Assembly (NCBI GenBank): GCA_951406725.2
Contig: OX597836.1
Location: forward strand, 2,108,001-2,172,000
Reading direction: 5' to 3'
DNA: 64,000 bases
DNA from: Octopus vulgaris
Taxonomy: Eukaryota
Shown: positions 25,892 through 40,277 of the stretch, one piece after another
Layout: every line of letters starts with the position of its first letter
How positions within the stretch are numbered: position 1 is the stretch's first letter
Made by a program: the position numbers and the translations under genes
Notes under the pieces: generated by a model
What the model was told of the DNA's origin: nothing
What the model saw: the letters and a program-made list of their open reading frames with translations, nothing else
Databases searched by the model: none

Positions 25892-26885
25892 TATAAGTGC
25901 AAATACTGTTACCAATATAAATGTTACTGCTTTGTCTTCTTATGATTTCTTCAATGATTGACTCTGAACTTGCTATCCCATGACGAAAGTTATTTCAAAC
26001 CATTCCCAAGTTGTCTATTTAAAGATAATTATGATTATATAATATATGCAATTTTCTTTCTTTAAACGATATTTCCAGCACATTGCATTTAGTATTGGAT
26101 TGAATATAATTTACAAAATTACACATTAGTTTTCGTGATGTTGGATGACTCCTTTCGCCATGGGGAGATCTAAGAATATCTACAACCTTCATTCTAAAGA
26201 AAGAGAATCAAGAGTGCACCTGAAATCGAAGTAGCACGATGCATGCAAAAGGAAAAACATGGTCGCTACAAGAAGAGCTGTAAAATATCTTTCAAATTGC
26301 TTTGCACAGCTTTTAATACAAAGATATTGTAGTTCTCCATATTATTAGCAGCATCAAGAGAAGAGAATTGTCACATTGGAATATATACTTCATTGATTCC
26401 ATTCATCATAATTACTTTCTATGTAAACATATTCAAAATGGCCGCAGAGCCGTCAGACGAAACGCTGGAAATAGAAGTAAAGCGATTGCCGTTTTCACTT
26501 TAGATTTCCTTAAATGGCGAGAAATGTTATTTTCAGATTTACAAAGAAATAAAAGTAAAGAATACTGGATCGTGAGTAACTGGAACAAATTTGATCCTAG
26601 TTTGATGGATAAAGATCGCTCTGGGAATAAACAACAACATGGTTATAACAATGAGGAAATAAAAGCAATTAAAAAGGGAAACGTTGGCTACTTGGATTAC
26701 AGCCAGGCTTATCATACTGAGATTGATACACAGGAATTCCTAAGTATTAACAAAGGGTCTGGGACGATATGACGGTAATGGATATATATTCGTTATGTAT
26801 GTATATTTTAGATTTTGTAAAATTACATACAGGGACGACGGACATACACGAACGCAAACAAAACATCTTTTACTCACGTGTTTGT

Positions 26886-26920
<35 letters not shown>

Positions 26921-26929
26921 TATATATAT

Positions 26930-26982
<53 letters not shown>

Positions 26983-27010
26983 AAAATTGAGGGTCAATGT
27001 ATATAATGTT

Positions 27011-27087
<77 letters not shown>

Positions 27088-27249
27088 GAGAGGATACACA
27101 ATCGAAAAACATCAGCTAGTAAACATTCAATTATATCTATTTATTAATTGATTACAAACGTATGTGTAAGTGATCCAAGTAAATGAATAAAATAAGCCAA
27201 TACATATGTAAACATAAATAAATAAATATATATATATATCATACATTAA

Positions 27250-28230
27250 AATAGTTTTTAATGAGTGTTCTTACGTTATGGGCAGATCTGAGTAATAATT
27301 TCAAGCTTAAGAGTAAAGTCTGAAATATAAGAGCAAATGTGGATTAAAATATTTCTAGACTTATAGACTTTAGTTGAAGCGGGTTAGTGCCTATTGCAAT
27401 TCAATACTTGTGTGTAGACATTTAAACACTAAAAATAAGGTTCAGGTTATTCTCAATTCTTGATATAAACAGAAAGTATTCTTGTTATGATGAACGAAGA
27501 GCTTAAGGAACGTAATCAACCATATGTTCTATAATAATTATATCAGGTTGTTAACCTGTAAAATTGTAACCTTATGGAATTAATTATAGTTAGAATGTGA
27601 GTTATTCTGTCTAATGTGGGGATGATAAGATATACATGTAGGTTTTAATGTTTAGATGTATTTTAATCCACCTAGATATACAAGTACTGGTATTTATATG
27701 TATCCAGACACACGGATAGATTCTTTAATGAGAGCTTAGAAAGAGTGTTTAAAAGATATGCAGAGAAATTTAACTTATGGAGTAACAACCGAAGGATAAA
27801 CCTGTTTAATTGAATATGTGTATCTATGTGTACATACATACAAACATATATATGCACATATATACTAGTAAGGAGTATGTTTATTTATTAAGAAGATAAT
27901 AAATAAGGTATATTGAGTGCATGGAGTACATAGAAAACGAAAGGATGGCAATCAATATATAGTGTTTAGATTAGGGAAAATAGTATTATTATCAAAGGAT
28001 GTACTAGCTCTAATAACAGTTAATATTAATGATATTTAGAGAAAGTGAGCTTAGCCTTATGAAGGCAAAATACAGTTCTCCCTTTTTTTATGTCAAGTAC
28101 AAGAAAATTGGCCTTTAGCATAAAATGTATCACAGGCATTCTTTATTCTTTTCATCATACAAAGGATAATATTTCATTATTTGCCTTATAATTCCTGGGT
28201 AAGTTTCTAATTTACCTCCACCCATACCTA
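27250..28230 (-). mobile_element. Decayed Penelope-like RT remnant
   Basis: Minus-strand NFLVLDIKKGRTVFCLHK (about 28055-28110) resembles the PLE 'ADKG' motif. IAIGTNP (about 27380-27400) resembles RT motif B 'GIAMGT'. Confidence 0.4.
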
Positions 28231-28356
28231 GTATTCAATTGCGATATTGCCATGCAATAGTAAACACTTGGTGATAAATGCGCAGGTACTCACCCGGTAG
28301 TACATTGAATATTTATTATCACTTAGATAGTTACTTAACCCATACCGACATATATG

Positions 28357-28390
<34 letters not shown>

Positions 28391-28523
28391 TGTATGTATA
28401 TAAATGCATATATATACATGTATGCATATTGACACATATACTTATATACACATTCGTATATACACATATGATCCACGCATATATATACTTACATACATAC
28501 ATCCATCTCCCTCGCTCTCTCTC

Positions 28524-28560
<37 letters not shown>

Positions 28561-29272
28561 GGGCGTGTATGTGCTGATCTATGCATGAAACATAGACGTG
28601 TGCATATTTATACGACATATCATGTCTAGTATACTCAGCCACCCACGCAGCATTGTCTTCGTTTCTGTCCCATGTTCATTACGCAAAGAATTGAGTTGAG
28701 TCTGTTGCTCTTATTGTAAGTCAGTCGTTGGACCGTCTTAGAGAAAGCACAATATGACGTAAGCGCTACGCCAGGAAGCCATAGCGGCTGAGCACGTTTC
28801 AAACAGAGGTAGACGTTAATATCAATATCAATAGAAGACGACGACAATTTCAAATCAATTTAGTTTTTCTGGAAATGATTCGAGATAAGAAAGGTTTCAA
28901 TTAATTATAATTGGCCAAAAAAATGTAATTTCTGAGCGTAAAGTGTATGTATGATTGTTGGCAGTCACTTATATAACATCATCGAACATTTTTTGGTCTT
29001 CTCCGATTTCTTAATGTTACGTGCCAATTTTACGAATTCGAAATAGAACACACGCACACTCATGCACACACACACACACAAGTTCACACACATACACAGA
29101 TATATATGGGTAAGTTTTCATACATAAGTACACGTAAACTATATGGTCATATATACATAAACAGGTGCGAGCACACACACATACACATATATTTTACGTT
29201 ATATATGTGATTGATGGAGAAGGTAATAGAGAATGGTTTGTGTATATGTATATATATATAGAGATTTAGGTG

Positions 29273-29347
<75 letters not shown>

Positions 29348-29348
<1 letters not shown>

Positions 29349-29650
29349 GAGGCGCGATGGCCCAGTGGTTAGGGCAGCGGACTCGCGGTCGTAGGATCGC
29401 AGTTTCGATTCCCAGACCGGGCGTTGTGAGTGTTTATTGAGTGTAAACACCTAAAAGCCCCACGAGGCTCCGGCAGGGGGTGGTGATCCCTGCTGTACTC
29501 TTTCACCACTCTTTCTCCCACTCTTTCTTCTGTTGGCCTGCTCGCTTAGCCAGCGGGGTGGCGTCGTTCGAAGGCTAAAACAATGCGAACGCATTGTGAC
29601 CAGCGATGTGTAACAACATCTGATAGTCTGGTCGGTCACGTGATCAGGTG

Positions 29651-29652
<2 letters not shown>
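29348..29652 (+). mobile_element. tRNA-derived SINE family B, near full length, inserted in (TG)n/(TA)n
   Basis: A box TGGCCCAGTGG and B box GTTTCGATTCC. The GC-rich body ends in GTGATCAGGTGATA. Confidence 0.85.
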
Positions 29653-29714
<62 letters not shown>

Positions 29715-30449
29715 AGAATTCACAAAAAAACAAAAGGCGAAGACAGGTGGTGTACACAACAAACTTATGTATTAGTTTAAGTCTCGGGAAGTGAAGAAGT
29801 CTTTAAAGTTTTGAGCCTACGCTCTTCGACAGAAAGGAACAAAAAAAGAAACAAGGAGAGATGATAAAGAATGTGTAGTGGCTTGAGATCTATGATGTAG
29901 CAGCTTTAGTGATAATTTTGCAGTTTTAATAAAAAGGCATATTAGTCTAACTTCGATATATATATATATATATATATATGCAAAATTTAGTAACTGTAGT
30001 AGGTAAAATCCAGGTTACCTGTGTTTCATAGCCAGCGGAACCTCGGAAGTAGTAATTCTCCAAACTGTAGGTGAACCGCCCGTTGCTCTTCTGCTCAACG
30101 ATACCTTGATTATGTGACGTTTACATTGTTGTTAGCAGATCCCGTGTAAACTCGATGGGGTTCGACCGAAATGCGTAGAAGGTACAGTTCGAGAGGAAAA
30201 TGCCCAGTTCCCAACAGATCCCGTACTTCGATTGGGAAAAATTTCAGATCCTTCTGCGCCATTAAACCAGAATTGTTCCTGTAAATGTTTTTTTGCGTAT
30301 TCTTTGAAACTCACTGATTTGCTACACATCAATCCTTGGAACTCTGTGACGTCACACCGCTTCCTATCACTGCCAACTTCAAAATCAGCACTGGCTACCT
30401 GTGGGTCACTGGATTTCTCGAACTTCATGACCTGCCTATATCACTCTGT

Positions 30450-30860
30450 ATACTCTTTTCTCTTTTTACTCTTTTACTTGTTCCAGTCATTTGACTGCGG
30501 CCATGCTGGAGCACCGCCTTTAGTCGAGCAACTCGACCCCGGGACTTATTCTTTGTAAGCCCAGTACTTATTCTATCGGTCTCTTTTTGCCGAACCGCTA
30601 AGTGACGGGTACGTAAACACACCAGCTTCGGTTGTCAAGCGATGGTGGGGGGGACAAACACAGACACACACGCACACATATATATACATATATACGACAG
30701 GCTTCTTTCAGTTTCCGTCTACCAAATCCACTCACAAGGCTTTGGTCGGCCCGAGGCTATAGTAGAAGACACTTGCCCAAGGTGCCACGCAGTGGGACTG
30801 AACCCGGAACCATGTGGTTGGTAAGCAAGCTACTTACCACACAGCCATTCCTGCGCCTAT
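30450..30860 (-). mobile_element. SINE family E, full length; partial copies at 8995-9160 (+), about 42385-42580 (+) and about 60850-61068 (-)
   Basis: Minus strand: head TGGCTGTGTGGTAAG...GGGTTCAGTCCC, core CCTTGGGCAAGTGTCTT, internal microsatellite, and a (GTAAAAGA)-type tail. Confidence 0.9.
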
Positions 30861-31129
30861 ATGTTAATTTCTGCCCGAATACCTGTCTTAGCTATATTCT
30901 GTCCAATCAAATTCCTGCATAGCCGGACATGGAAGCTTAATGATTAATATTTTCCACTTGAAACTTACTCTCTTTAGGTTTGGTTAATTGTGTTACATAC
31001 CTCCGAGGAGGCATCAATTATTAATTAATCGTGTCTCTTTTATTTAAGTACAGAAAGACTTACATAAATTCGACACATACGATCTAATTTTAACCCACTC
31101 TGTCTCTTTATTTCTCTCTCTCTCACTCT

Positions 31130-31198
<69 letters not shown>

Positions 31199-32161
31199 TA
31201 ATAATAAATATAATAAATATATATGTGTGTATATATATATATATGTTATGTTGAAGAGTATGTAAATATTTTTCAGTCTAAGAATTTTTCGAAAGAACTT
31301 ACGTCGCGATAGAATGTGAGGGTTCTATCGTTAGTAATTCTGTTTCGCCTTTGTTTTTTTTCACTTTTTCTGACGCATTTTCTCAGCAGACAAGCTGACA
31401 CCAAGACTTTGTTTTTCATGAAAATTGGAGACAATCTTAGCTAAGTTCTTATTACTGCATCTTTGTTTCTTCTAAATTCCATTCATTTATTTAATAACTG
31501 AACTATTACAGCTTTCTGTACCATTATCCTCTCTAATACATCATGATCAAGTTCAACATAAGAATAATAATAACAACGATAACAATAGTTTGTTTTTATT
31601 AACCACTCTGAGTTGACAAAAATCATTGAACACTGTGCAGGAGGAGGATAAAATGTGAAAATACTTCGATGTTGTAAAAAGGAAAAAAAGGAAACATTTG
31701 TAAAAACAAATAAAGAAACAACAATTTTCGAATATGGAATAAATAATGAAAAGGTTCGTAGTTCTGCGTGCTACTCAGAAATCGAAACTAGAAAATTCAT
31801 ATAAACGTCATTTCTCAATTGTCCTTTACTAGTTTCGTTATTTTTGTTGATGTCGACCCATTTAGTCGGGACATGGTCGCCTGTCGCTTCCTAATTTCAG
31901 GAAATTTGCTGGAAGGCAACTCTTCCCTTTCTAGTCTCACTTTCACTCTGAAAGATGCAAATATCTGTTTTCAGTTATTTCTTTCACGTACAATTACGCA
32001 AACTTATTCCACAAAACTAATAAACTAATAAAGACGAGTTAGCTTCCAGTATAAAGGAAGGTGGCGGGGCAATTTCAGAGTAAAGATTCAAACTTTAACT
32101 GGGTCCACCACACATGTGACAACTATTGATGATGATGATGATGATGATGATGACGATGATG

Positions 32162-32193
<32 letters not shown>

Positions 32194-32640
32194 GATAATA
32201 ATATTTATTAATAATAACAACAACAACAGCAATAACAATAACAACAACGACGACGACAATAACAACAAGAACAACATCAAGTGAACTCAGAGAGCGCAAA
32301 ACTCCGCCAAGGCAACACCAATGTCTTGTGAAGGGCTAACCGGAGATGAGGTTTAAAATGACTATATCTGAAATTTCACGCTGACCATTTGATAAGTAAC
32401 TAAAATCCTATAGATTCATGGATACCTAAAAACCTATACGCTCATGGAAGCAGCGAACTACATCCATATCCTCTGGAAAAAAAGATGAACTGTAAACGTT
32501 ATACTCTTGCCTATATCCTTCTGACCACATTTACTTTTTATTCTTCTATTTTACTCTTTTATTCTATTTCATTCTTGATAAAGTGTGAATTTTATTCTTT
32601 GTATCTGTAAATTCTTCTCTGTCTAAAATATTCATACCTT

Positions 32641-32716
32641 GCCTCGGACGATGGATTACCCAGTGCATGGACATGTTGACCAACCGCTTAGGTTATCCCA
32701 GAAAAGAGTGTAAGAC
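32641..32716 (+). ncRNA. Degenerate type-I hammerhead motif in a Penelope-like repeat
   Basis: GCCU-CGGACGA-UGGAUUACC...GGUUAUCCCA-GAAA-AGAGUG-UA-AGAC. U4 is mutated and helix III is eroded. Confidence 0.45.
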
Positions 32717-32884
32717 CTCCAATTCACCTTACTCTAATTAAATTATTCTAAATGATTTGAGATACTCGTTCTGTCGAGGTTTATATTTTTCCTTTAATAT
32801 AATACATATCTATGTGTATATACATACATACACACATACATACGTACATACATACATACATACATACACATACAAACATACATA

Positions 32885-32939
<55 letters not shown>

Positions 32940-33994
32940 TATTTCATGCATGCATGGACATGCGCGCGTGTGTATTGAGAAATATCCCTAGGGGGGCCTC
33001 CTGCATGCAGAATAACTCATTAAATGTACGTCAGTATCCTTTAGGTGGTGAAGGAAAATAACATTTATCCATTTATCATTTGTAATTATATCCCTATTGA
33101 GAAAAAAAATGCTCATTAGCTCAAATGAAAATATGTTTTCAGAAGGCACAATAGAAAGCAGTTACGTAATTTCAGTCAGTTAATAACTATCTAATGCTGT
33201 TACAGGTGAAAGTGACCTGCACTTAGCTACATCATCGAATATTAAACTGTAACAGCGAAAGAAATTCTGGTTAGATGTTCTGGCTTCTAGATATAGAAGC
33301 TAACTTACGCTCAAAATATGCCCACTCCGTTACTGAAGGCATTGTATTAGACAATGTATCGTCTGTTACCATGTATGTCGAAAAATAATCGGTTCTCTAT
33401 GACTGGGTTTAATTTGATCTTGCGTTTTCTCGCTTAGAGTTTAATTTAAGCTAAACAATATCTGTGCACCAGTTGCCTGACTATGGAAGCAAAAACAGAC
33501 GCTCATTTACTGAATCCTATTTTACTTTGCTGTGACATCAGGCGGCACTAAAACAACAACAACAACATCAGGCACGTATTCATCAAATGTTATTGCACTT
33601 CACTTAACTTTCCGTTTACAACTTACGATTGACTCCCTGGTTAATACGTCCGCTTTAAATCCATCTAAATTTAGTTAAACCTGTTTTCTGATCCCGTCTT
33701 TCTTCGACCAGAAACCGTTTCAATTCAGTTTGGTAGAAAGAAACTGAGTGAACACCTGTTTGTATATAACGTTACTGTTCTTGGTCGACAGACATATTCC
33801 ATCAATCATTTAGATGCTGCCAATTGGTTCTTGGGTGACCTTAGCTGGGTCAATTTTATTTGAAACGTAACATTAGTATTTCTGCCCCTGTCTGAACACC
33901 ATTTTTCAACAGATGTGAGAAAACATTTCCATTCAATCAGCGAAACTTTGTCTTCTGCATTTGTGATAATTTCTTGATTTTGATGCAATACAGG

Positions 33995-34322
33995 AAGAGG
34001 AGCACTTCGTCGGTTACGACGATGAGGGTTCCAGGTGATACAATCAACGGAACAGCCTGCTCGTGAAATTAACACGCAAGTGGTTGAGCATTCCACAGAC
34101 ACGTGTATGCAGAATGTAGTTCTCAGGGAAATTCAGCGTGACACAGAGTTTGACAAGGCTGGCCCTTTGAAATACTGGAACAACTCATTTTTGCCAGCTG
34201 ATAAGACTGGAGCAACGGGAAAATAAAGTGTCTTGTTCAAGGACAGAACGCGTCGCCGGGAATTGAACTCACGACATTACGATCGTATGTCGAATATCTC
34301 AGACACTAAGCCACGTGTCTTC
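33995..34322 (-). mobile_element. tRNA-derived SINE family D
   Basis: Minus strand GTGGCTTAGTG (A box) ... GTGAGTTCAATTCCC (B box) ... CCTTGAACAAGACACTTTATTT core, shared with family C but with a different tail. Confidence 0.8.
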
Positions 34323-34431
34323 TATCAAGTCTATACCATACAATTAAGCCTACAACATGCATAGTGTGTTAGAGCGTCTTCTGGGTTGAAGACAGCATTT
34401 AAATTAAGACGGATATTTAATTTCTACCGAA

Positions 34432-34810
34432 ATTTTTGGGGAGGGGCCAGTCGATTAGATCAACCCCAGTACGCAACTGGTACTTAATTTATTGACCTCG
34501 AAAACATGAAAGGCAAAGTCGACCTCGACGGGATTTGAACACAGAATGTAAATACAAACGAAATAACGCTTAGCATTTCGCCCAGCGTGCTAACATGTCT
34601 CATTTCTTTATTGCCCACAAGGTGCTAAACATAGAGAGGACAAACCAGGACTTAAGGCGATTACATCGACCCCAGTGCGTAACTGGTACTTAATTTATCG
34701 ACCCCGAAAGGATAAAAGGCAAAGTCGACCTCGGCAGGATTTGAATTCCGAACGTAACGGCAGACGAAATACTGCTAAGCATTTCGCCCAGTGTGCTAAC
34801 GTTTCTGCCA
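34432..34810 (-). mobile_element. Two tandem or nested SINE family A copies (young 34602-34810, older 34432-34594)
   Basis: Core AAAGGCAAAGTCGACCTCG occurs twice. The two units carry the two alternative tails. Confidence 0.9.
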
Positions 34811-37728
34811 CATTTAAGAAGAAATATTTCTCTTATTTCTAATTAGTCTTGGGATCAGATAGACATTTACTTGTGTATCATATATTTTGTCAGAATATGT
34901 AAATCGTGGGGAAATTGCGTTGCTGTATTTCATGGCATTGATCTTGCCTCTAAGTTATAAACCCGCTGGGTTCGACTTCAGATCAGTCACGAAGTAGCAT
35001 TGATATAACAGTTGACTACACTCACTTTACCGAGCAAAATAATGCAGGTCATTCACCTTTTAGACATTTATCTTAGAAAATGAACAATGTTGTAGTGACG
35101 CAAAAGGAAAAAATACATGTGCCATAAATAAGTTCACACCTTTGAGTGCTAGGTAAAAATTCCATTGCGTTTACGTCGACAATCATATACTAAGGTCAAA
35201 AGAAATCGTAGCAATCAAAAACTAACTTCCATCTAAACAACTACGAAACTAAATAAAGTTTCAATGAGAAATATATAGAGATACCCAGGGACATTTGCTA
35301 TATGTAAAGATAAACAGCGATGTAGACGATAACAGTCATAATGTGATAGCGGAAGAGAATTTAATTAGTTAAATTACACTTATAGCCGAGAGGGAATTTT
35401 ATCTGCTAAATGATTTATCTGCGGAAAGATATGCAGAACAGCCAAAGAAAATTTCAAAAAAAACGTTCGTATGAATTGCCAAATACAAAGAACAAATATT
35501 AGTCATTTTTGATTCTATAATAAAGATGCGGGATGTGTTTCATTTTATGCGGCCTCATCATCGAAAAATATTCCGGAGGATCGTTTAAAGATGATGTAGG
35601 CAGGGAGAAGAAGTATCAGATGAAACATGGCAGGAGACACAGACACACACATATTATAAACGCATATATGTACACGCATGCAGGTAGCAATGTGTGTTTA
35701 TATTTTGGTCTGATGGAAATATATCAAAGTTGCAATAAAACAAACGATATTTCAAGAAGTAAGGATGGTTTGCATACATCGCCGTTGAATTAACCACATT
35801 CCCGATTGGTATTCATTTTTAAACGAATTCAAAACTAAACAACGGTGGACCCATTTGCAACATCAACAACTTGATGGTTTTTTTCTCTAAGGTTCGAAAT
35901 GTACTAATTTTAATTTTACTTTAAATCTATTTTTTTGCGTTATATTTATATTCTTAACTGAACAGATTTTCTCTTATTATAAATTCTTCAGTGACTGCAG
36001 CAACCAGTTGGTCAATTCGTTGTTTGAACAGTAAATCGCTTTTCATCAAATATCTTATAGCTCGTGCCTTTCGCAGTTGAGATAATTTCTCCTGATATGT
36101 CTGGGAAGGCTTTCGGTACTTAAGACGAAATTTAATCAGCTTCATGTTCTCGTAAGTAGAAATATATAAATATTTTTCTTCGACCTCTCATGAATGATCT
36201 CTTGGGATTCAAATTCTTTGTTGCACTTTTCTTTATAAATATGATCTGCTTATGACCTTTATCTCTTCATTAAGTATAGACAGAAGGATAATGTTTCTTT
36301 TCACACAGATACTATGCGAATGTCTTGTAAGATTTGGTGCTGTTGTTGCTGTCTTTGTAGTTGTTTACAGTTCTTACATCGAATTCTTTACGTTTTGAAT
36401 TTTATTTCCGTCGAGGTCAAGCTTTGACACTCCACCTACTGGATCGAAATAATGAAGTAAGTAACAAGACTCGTGATAACACACCTTATTAATAAAAAAC
36501 AAATTCTGTCTTAAGTGAATGTATCCTCATCATCGTCGCCGTCATCATTGTAATCATGTTGGTCGTCACTTTCGTCATCATCACCATCGCCGTCATCCTT
36601 GTTGTCATCGCTGTCAGCATCGCGCTCGTTCTTATTCTCATTATCATCACTGTCATTACACTACGAATGTAATCCTATTGTACAAATACTGGCGAATATT
36701 TCTACTCATTAAACACTCTCTACGTCTCTGAGACCATTTCGATTTAGCCTTCATCTTTGTTCCCCCTTTTTTTCTTGAAGCAGAAGAGTAAACCATGTGA
36801 CATAAACACACATATCCAAAAATAAACATATAAATTAACAAGTTACATAATTAAAATAAATACATAATGGGTATAAACACAATATAACGGAACAGCGATC
36901 AATAATAAATCAGATCAATAGAATCAAAGCGAGAGGCCTACGGGATATTTCTAAACGAGAGGAGAAGAAGCCATCATTAATTTGTAATATTTCAGACACC
37001 GGCAACTATATGTAATCCATCCAGTTTGAGGTGCTTTGGGGAGATTTAACAGAAAGATTGATGGATTGCGTTCGCTAGTTTAGGGTATTCAAGTTTCGAA
37101 TAAATAGCTCTTTATCTCTGAACGACTACCTGAATAAAAGGATTGCTATTCCAACCGTAACAACCAGTGTGCTATGATGGATAGTGTTCCGAGTAGAAGT
37201 ATATTGATTAGGAATCCGGGACACAGCGATGTGAGCGCTGAGGATTGATGTATCCGTTTTATTGTAATTAAAAAAGCCAAAGTTCAGGTGATATAATGAA
37301 ATAAAATTGAAGGATGCCTAGCTACGGGAAATACATTGTTTGTAATTTAAATGCTTTATAATAGAAGAAAAAAATGGAAAAGGCCGTTTTAAATTGATGC
37401 CAGTATGAATATTGCATCGACAGAGAGCAATTTTGTCTCTTTTTTCTCTTTTCACAATTTTCTATTGTTTCATTTATTGGTGATCGATCAACAAGTTGGT
37501 TCTTCTGTCGATCACCGAGGGATTATGTATGATCAAAATTGTTCTCTGGTTAACTTTAATAACATTATATACGGATTTGTAGAATTATATTTAAAGTGCG
37601 TGCTTATTCAATATTGGTTTATTTTCCATACCAAAATGGAATCCACTTGAATATTTGCGCTTCTCTGAATTTGGAGTAAAACGTGTCCTCTGTCCGCATA
37701 TGATAATATTACGTGAGGCTGCATATAT

Positions 37729-37764
<36 letters not shown>

Positions 37765-38475
37765 TTGTGTTTGTGAGTGTTTGTGTGTGTTGTAAAGCGT
37801 CTTTTGCCATTGTTGTGTCTTTTGACGACGGTTGTAGCTTTGACAGATATTGTTATATTCAGAAGTCATTGATAGGATGTTTCTATCTGTACCCCCCCCT
37901 CAGTTGTTCAGTGATTATCCTCTAAAGTTGGGATCGTTATAGCGACCCACTCACTATCATACTGTAATTATTATATCAGCACAGACACGACTATCAACAC
38001 AGTCTACACCTACTCTCAACATTTCCGACCTTCTCCTCACATTCTTCTTTTGAATGGCTGGCTACTACCACTTTTTACCGGGAAGGGTTTAGAGTAACAT
38101 TATACAATATATATATATATATATATATATATTGCATAATGGACAAGGAGCATCCTGCATCATCTTGCAGGCAACATCTAGAAAAATGGGAAAACATATC
38201 ATTAGATAATTGTAGACAAGTTAAGTAATATTGTTTAATTTCCTTCCTGCTCGAATAAAATCTTGTAATCGGAAGATTGTTACGTTGCAGAAATGTTTTT
38301 TTCTAGTTTGCGATCATAATGATCAAAACAACATCACTGTATTTTAATTCATTTGTGTATGTGACATGCGCTCACACTAACAAAAGAACGCACATATGCA
38401 TACACACTCACAAGGGCATACACACACACATATATATGTATATGTATATATACATATGCATGTATGTATCTGTCT

Positions 38476-38507
<32 letters not shown>

Positions 38508-38520
38508 CATGTATATATAC

Positions 38521-38558
<38 letters not shown>

Positions 38559-38838
38559 GTTTATTTATTTATTTATGTATATGTATTATAGCTACCAGTT
38601 TACCTACACACATTTATGGACAGGTGCCTATGTGTGTAAGTGTATTTATATATGTAAATATCTTTGTGCGTATAAATCTTCCGGAAGGCAAACATTATGG
38701 GTGTGTGTGGGTGTGTGTGTGTGTCGCTGCCAGTGTATGCAAATACACAAATATACACACATACGAAGACATAATTCCTATGTAGAAAGATACACATACA
38801 TACAGATATATATGTGTGTCTGTGTATGTATGTGTATG

Positions 38839-38879
<41 letters not shown>

Positions 38880-39511
38880 CTGTGTGTGTGTGTATGTACA
38901 CACATTACAAAGAATTCGCTCGTTTAAGGATTGTGATTCCAGACATCATTAGATTTCGTGTTTCGAAAAAAAAGAAATAGAAACAATAAAGAAAATACAT
39001 TTCTCTTACATAAAAAGGCATCTACAAGAACTTGCCCCTCCTCGTCTCTATATTATCCATCTATCTCACGATCCCTCTCTATCCTTCTGCTCTCTCTCTC
39101 TCCCTCTTGCTCTCCCTCTTTCCCCCTGGTTCCCTCTCTGTCTACCTATCTCTCTATGTATACATCTTGATATCTACCTATCTTTCTATCTTTGCATTGC
39201 AAAACTAACAAGAAATCATTAGCAGTTTAACAATGGCACATTATTGCATGCTCTGGCACAGTTTCTTCCGTTTCTCTTCGTGGACAGTCACTGTAAAACC
39301 AACATCATTAGCGTTTGGTTCCCACCTTCTTAGCTGCATATACAACCACACGTTTTTGCCGAAAGTACACAAGTTCTCTACACGTGACACACAATAACGC
39401 AATTATACAAACGAGTAAATCCGTGGATGCTTATTTTACATATATAAATACCTGTTTACAAATTAAACAAATGCAGAATGCAGGCAAGCTTACATGCACA
39501 CATATACACAC

Positions 39512-39812
39512 ATGGCTCACTGGTTAGGTCGTCGACCTTAAAATCGTGAGGATGTTTGTTCGTTTCCCGTCTTGAGTTCTTGAGCAAGACACTTTATTTC
39601 ACGTTGCTCTATTTCACTCAACTATAGAAATGAGTCTCGACTTGATGGGTGCCGAGCTGTATCGGCCTTTGCTTTGCCCTTGGTGGCGTAGAGAGGAGAG
39701 GCTGCTATGCATGGGTGACTGATGGTCTTCCATAAACAACCATGCCCAGACTTCTGCCTTGAAGGGTAAATTTGTAGTTTCAATCCCATGGTCATTCATG
39801 ACCGCAGGGGAT
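39512..39812 (+). mobile_element. SINE family C copy
   Basis: Aligns with 45332-45646 (TGGTCTTCCATAAACAA...CAATCCCATG...ATTCATGACCG). Confidence 0.85.
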
Positions 39813-39849
39813 CATGACGTGAGAAGGGATCTTCCTTCCTTTCTCTCTG

Positions 39850-39901
<52 letters not shown>

Positions 39902-40089
39902 AATATATGTATATATATATAAGTATATGTATAAATATGTATGTATATATACATGTATATATGTATGTATATATATATATGGATGTATATATGTATATAT
40001 ATATGTATGTATATATGTATACATATATAAATATATATATATGTTTGTATATATGTATGTATATATATATATGTATGTATATATGTATG

Positions 40090-40120
<31 letters not shown>

Positions 40121-40245
40121 ATATATATGTATGTATATATGTATACATATATAAATATATATATATGTTTGTATATATGTATGTATATATATATATGTAT
40201 GTATATATGTATGCATATATATATATGTATGTATATATGTATGTA

Positions 40246-40277
<32 letters not shown>

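Noticed and set aside
26368-26772. 134-aa plus ORF
   Set aside because: Non-ATG start, no motif and no convincing splice sites.
28635-28853. GC-richer patch with a TGACGTAA (CRE-like) site and short ORFs
   Set aside because: A single motif is expected by chance, and there is no supporting exon or promoter structure.
29348-29425. tRNA-like sequence with A and B boxes
   Set aside because: It continues into a SINE body with no proper acceptor stem or terminator. The same applies to the other SINE heads.
30000-30430. 98-aa minus ORF and GC-richer patch interrupted by SINE E
   Set aside because: No recognisable motif or splice signals. It is probably a decayed TE that I cannot assign.
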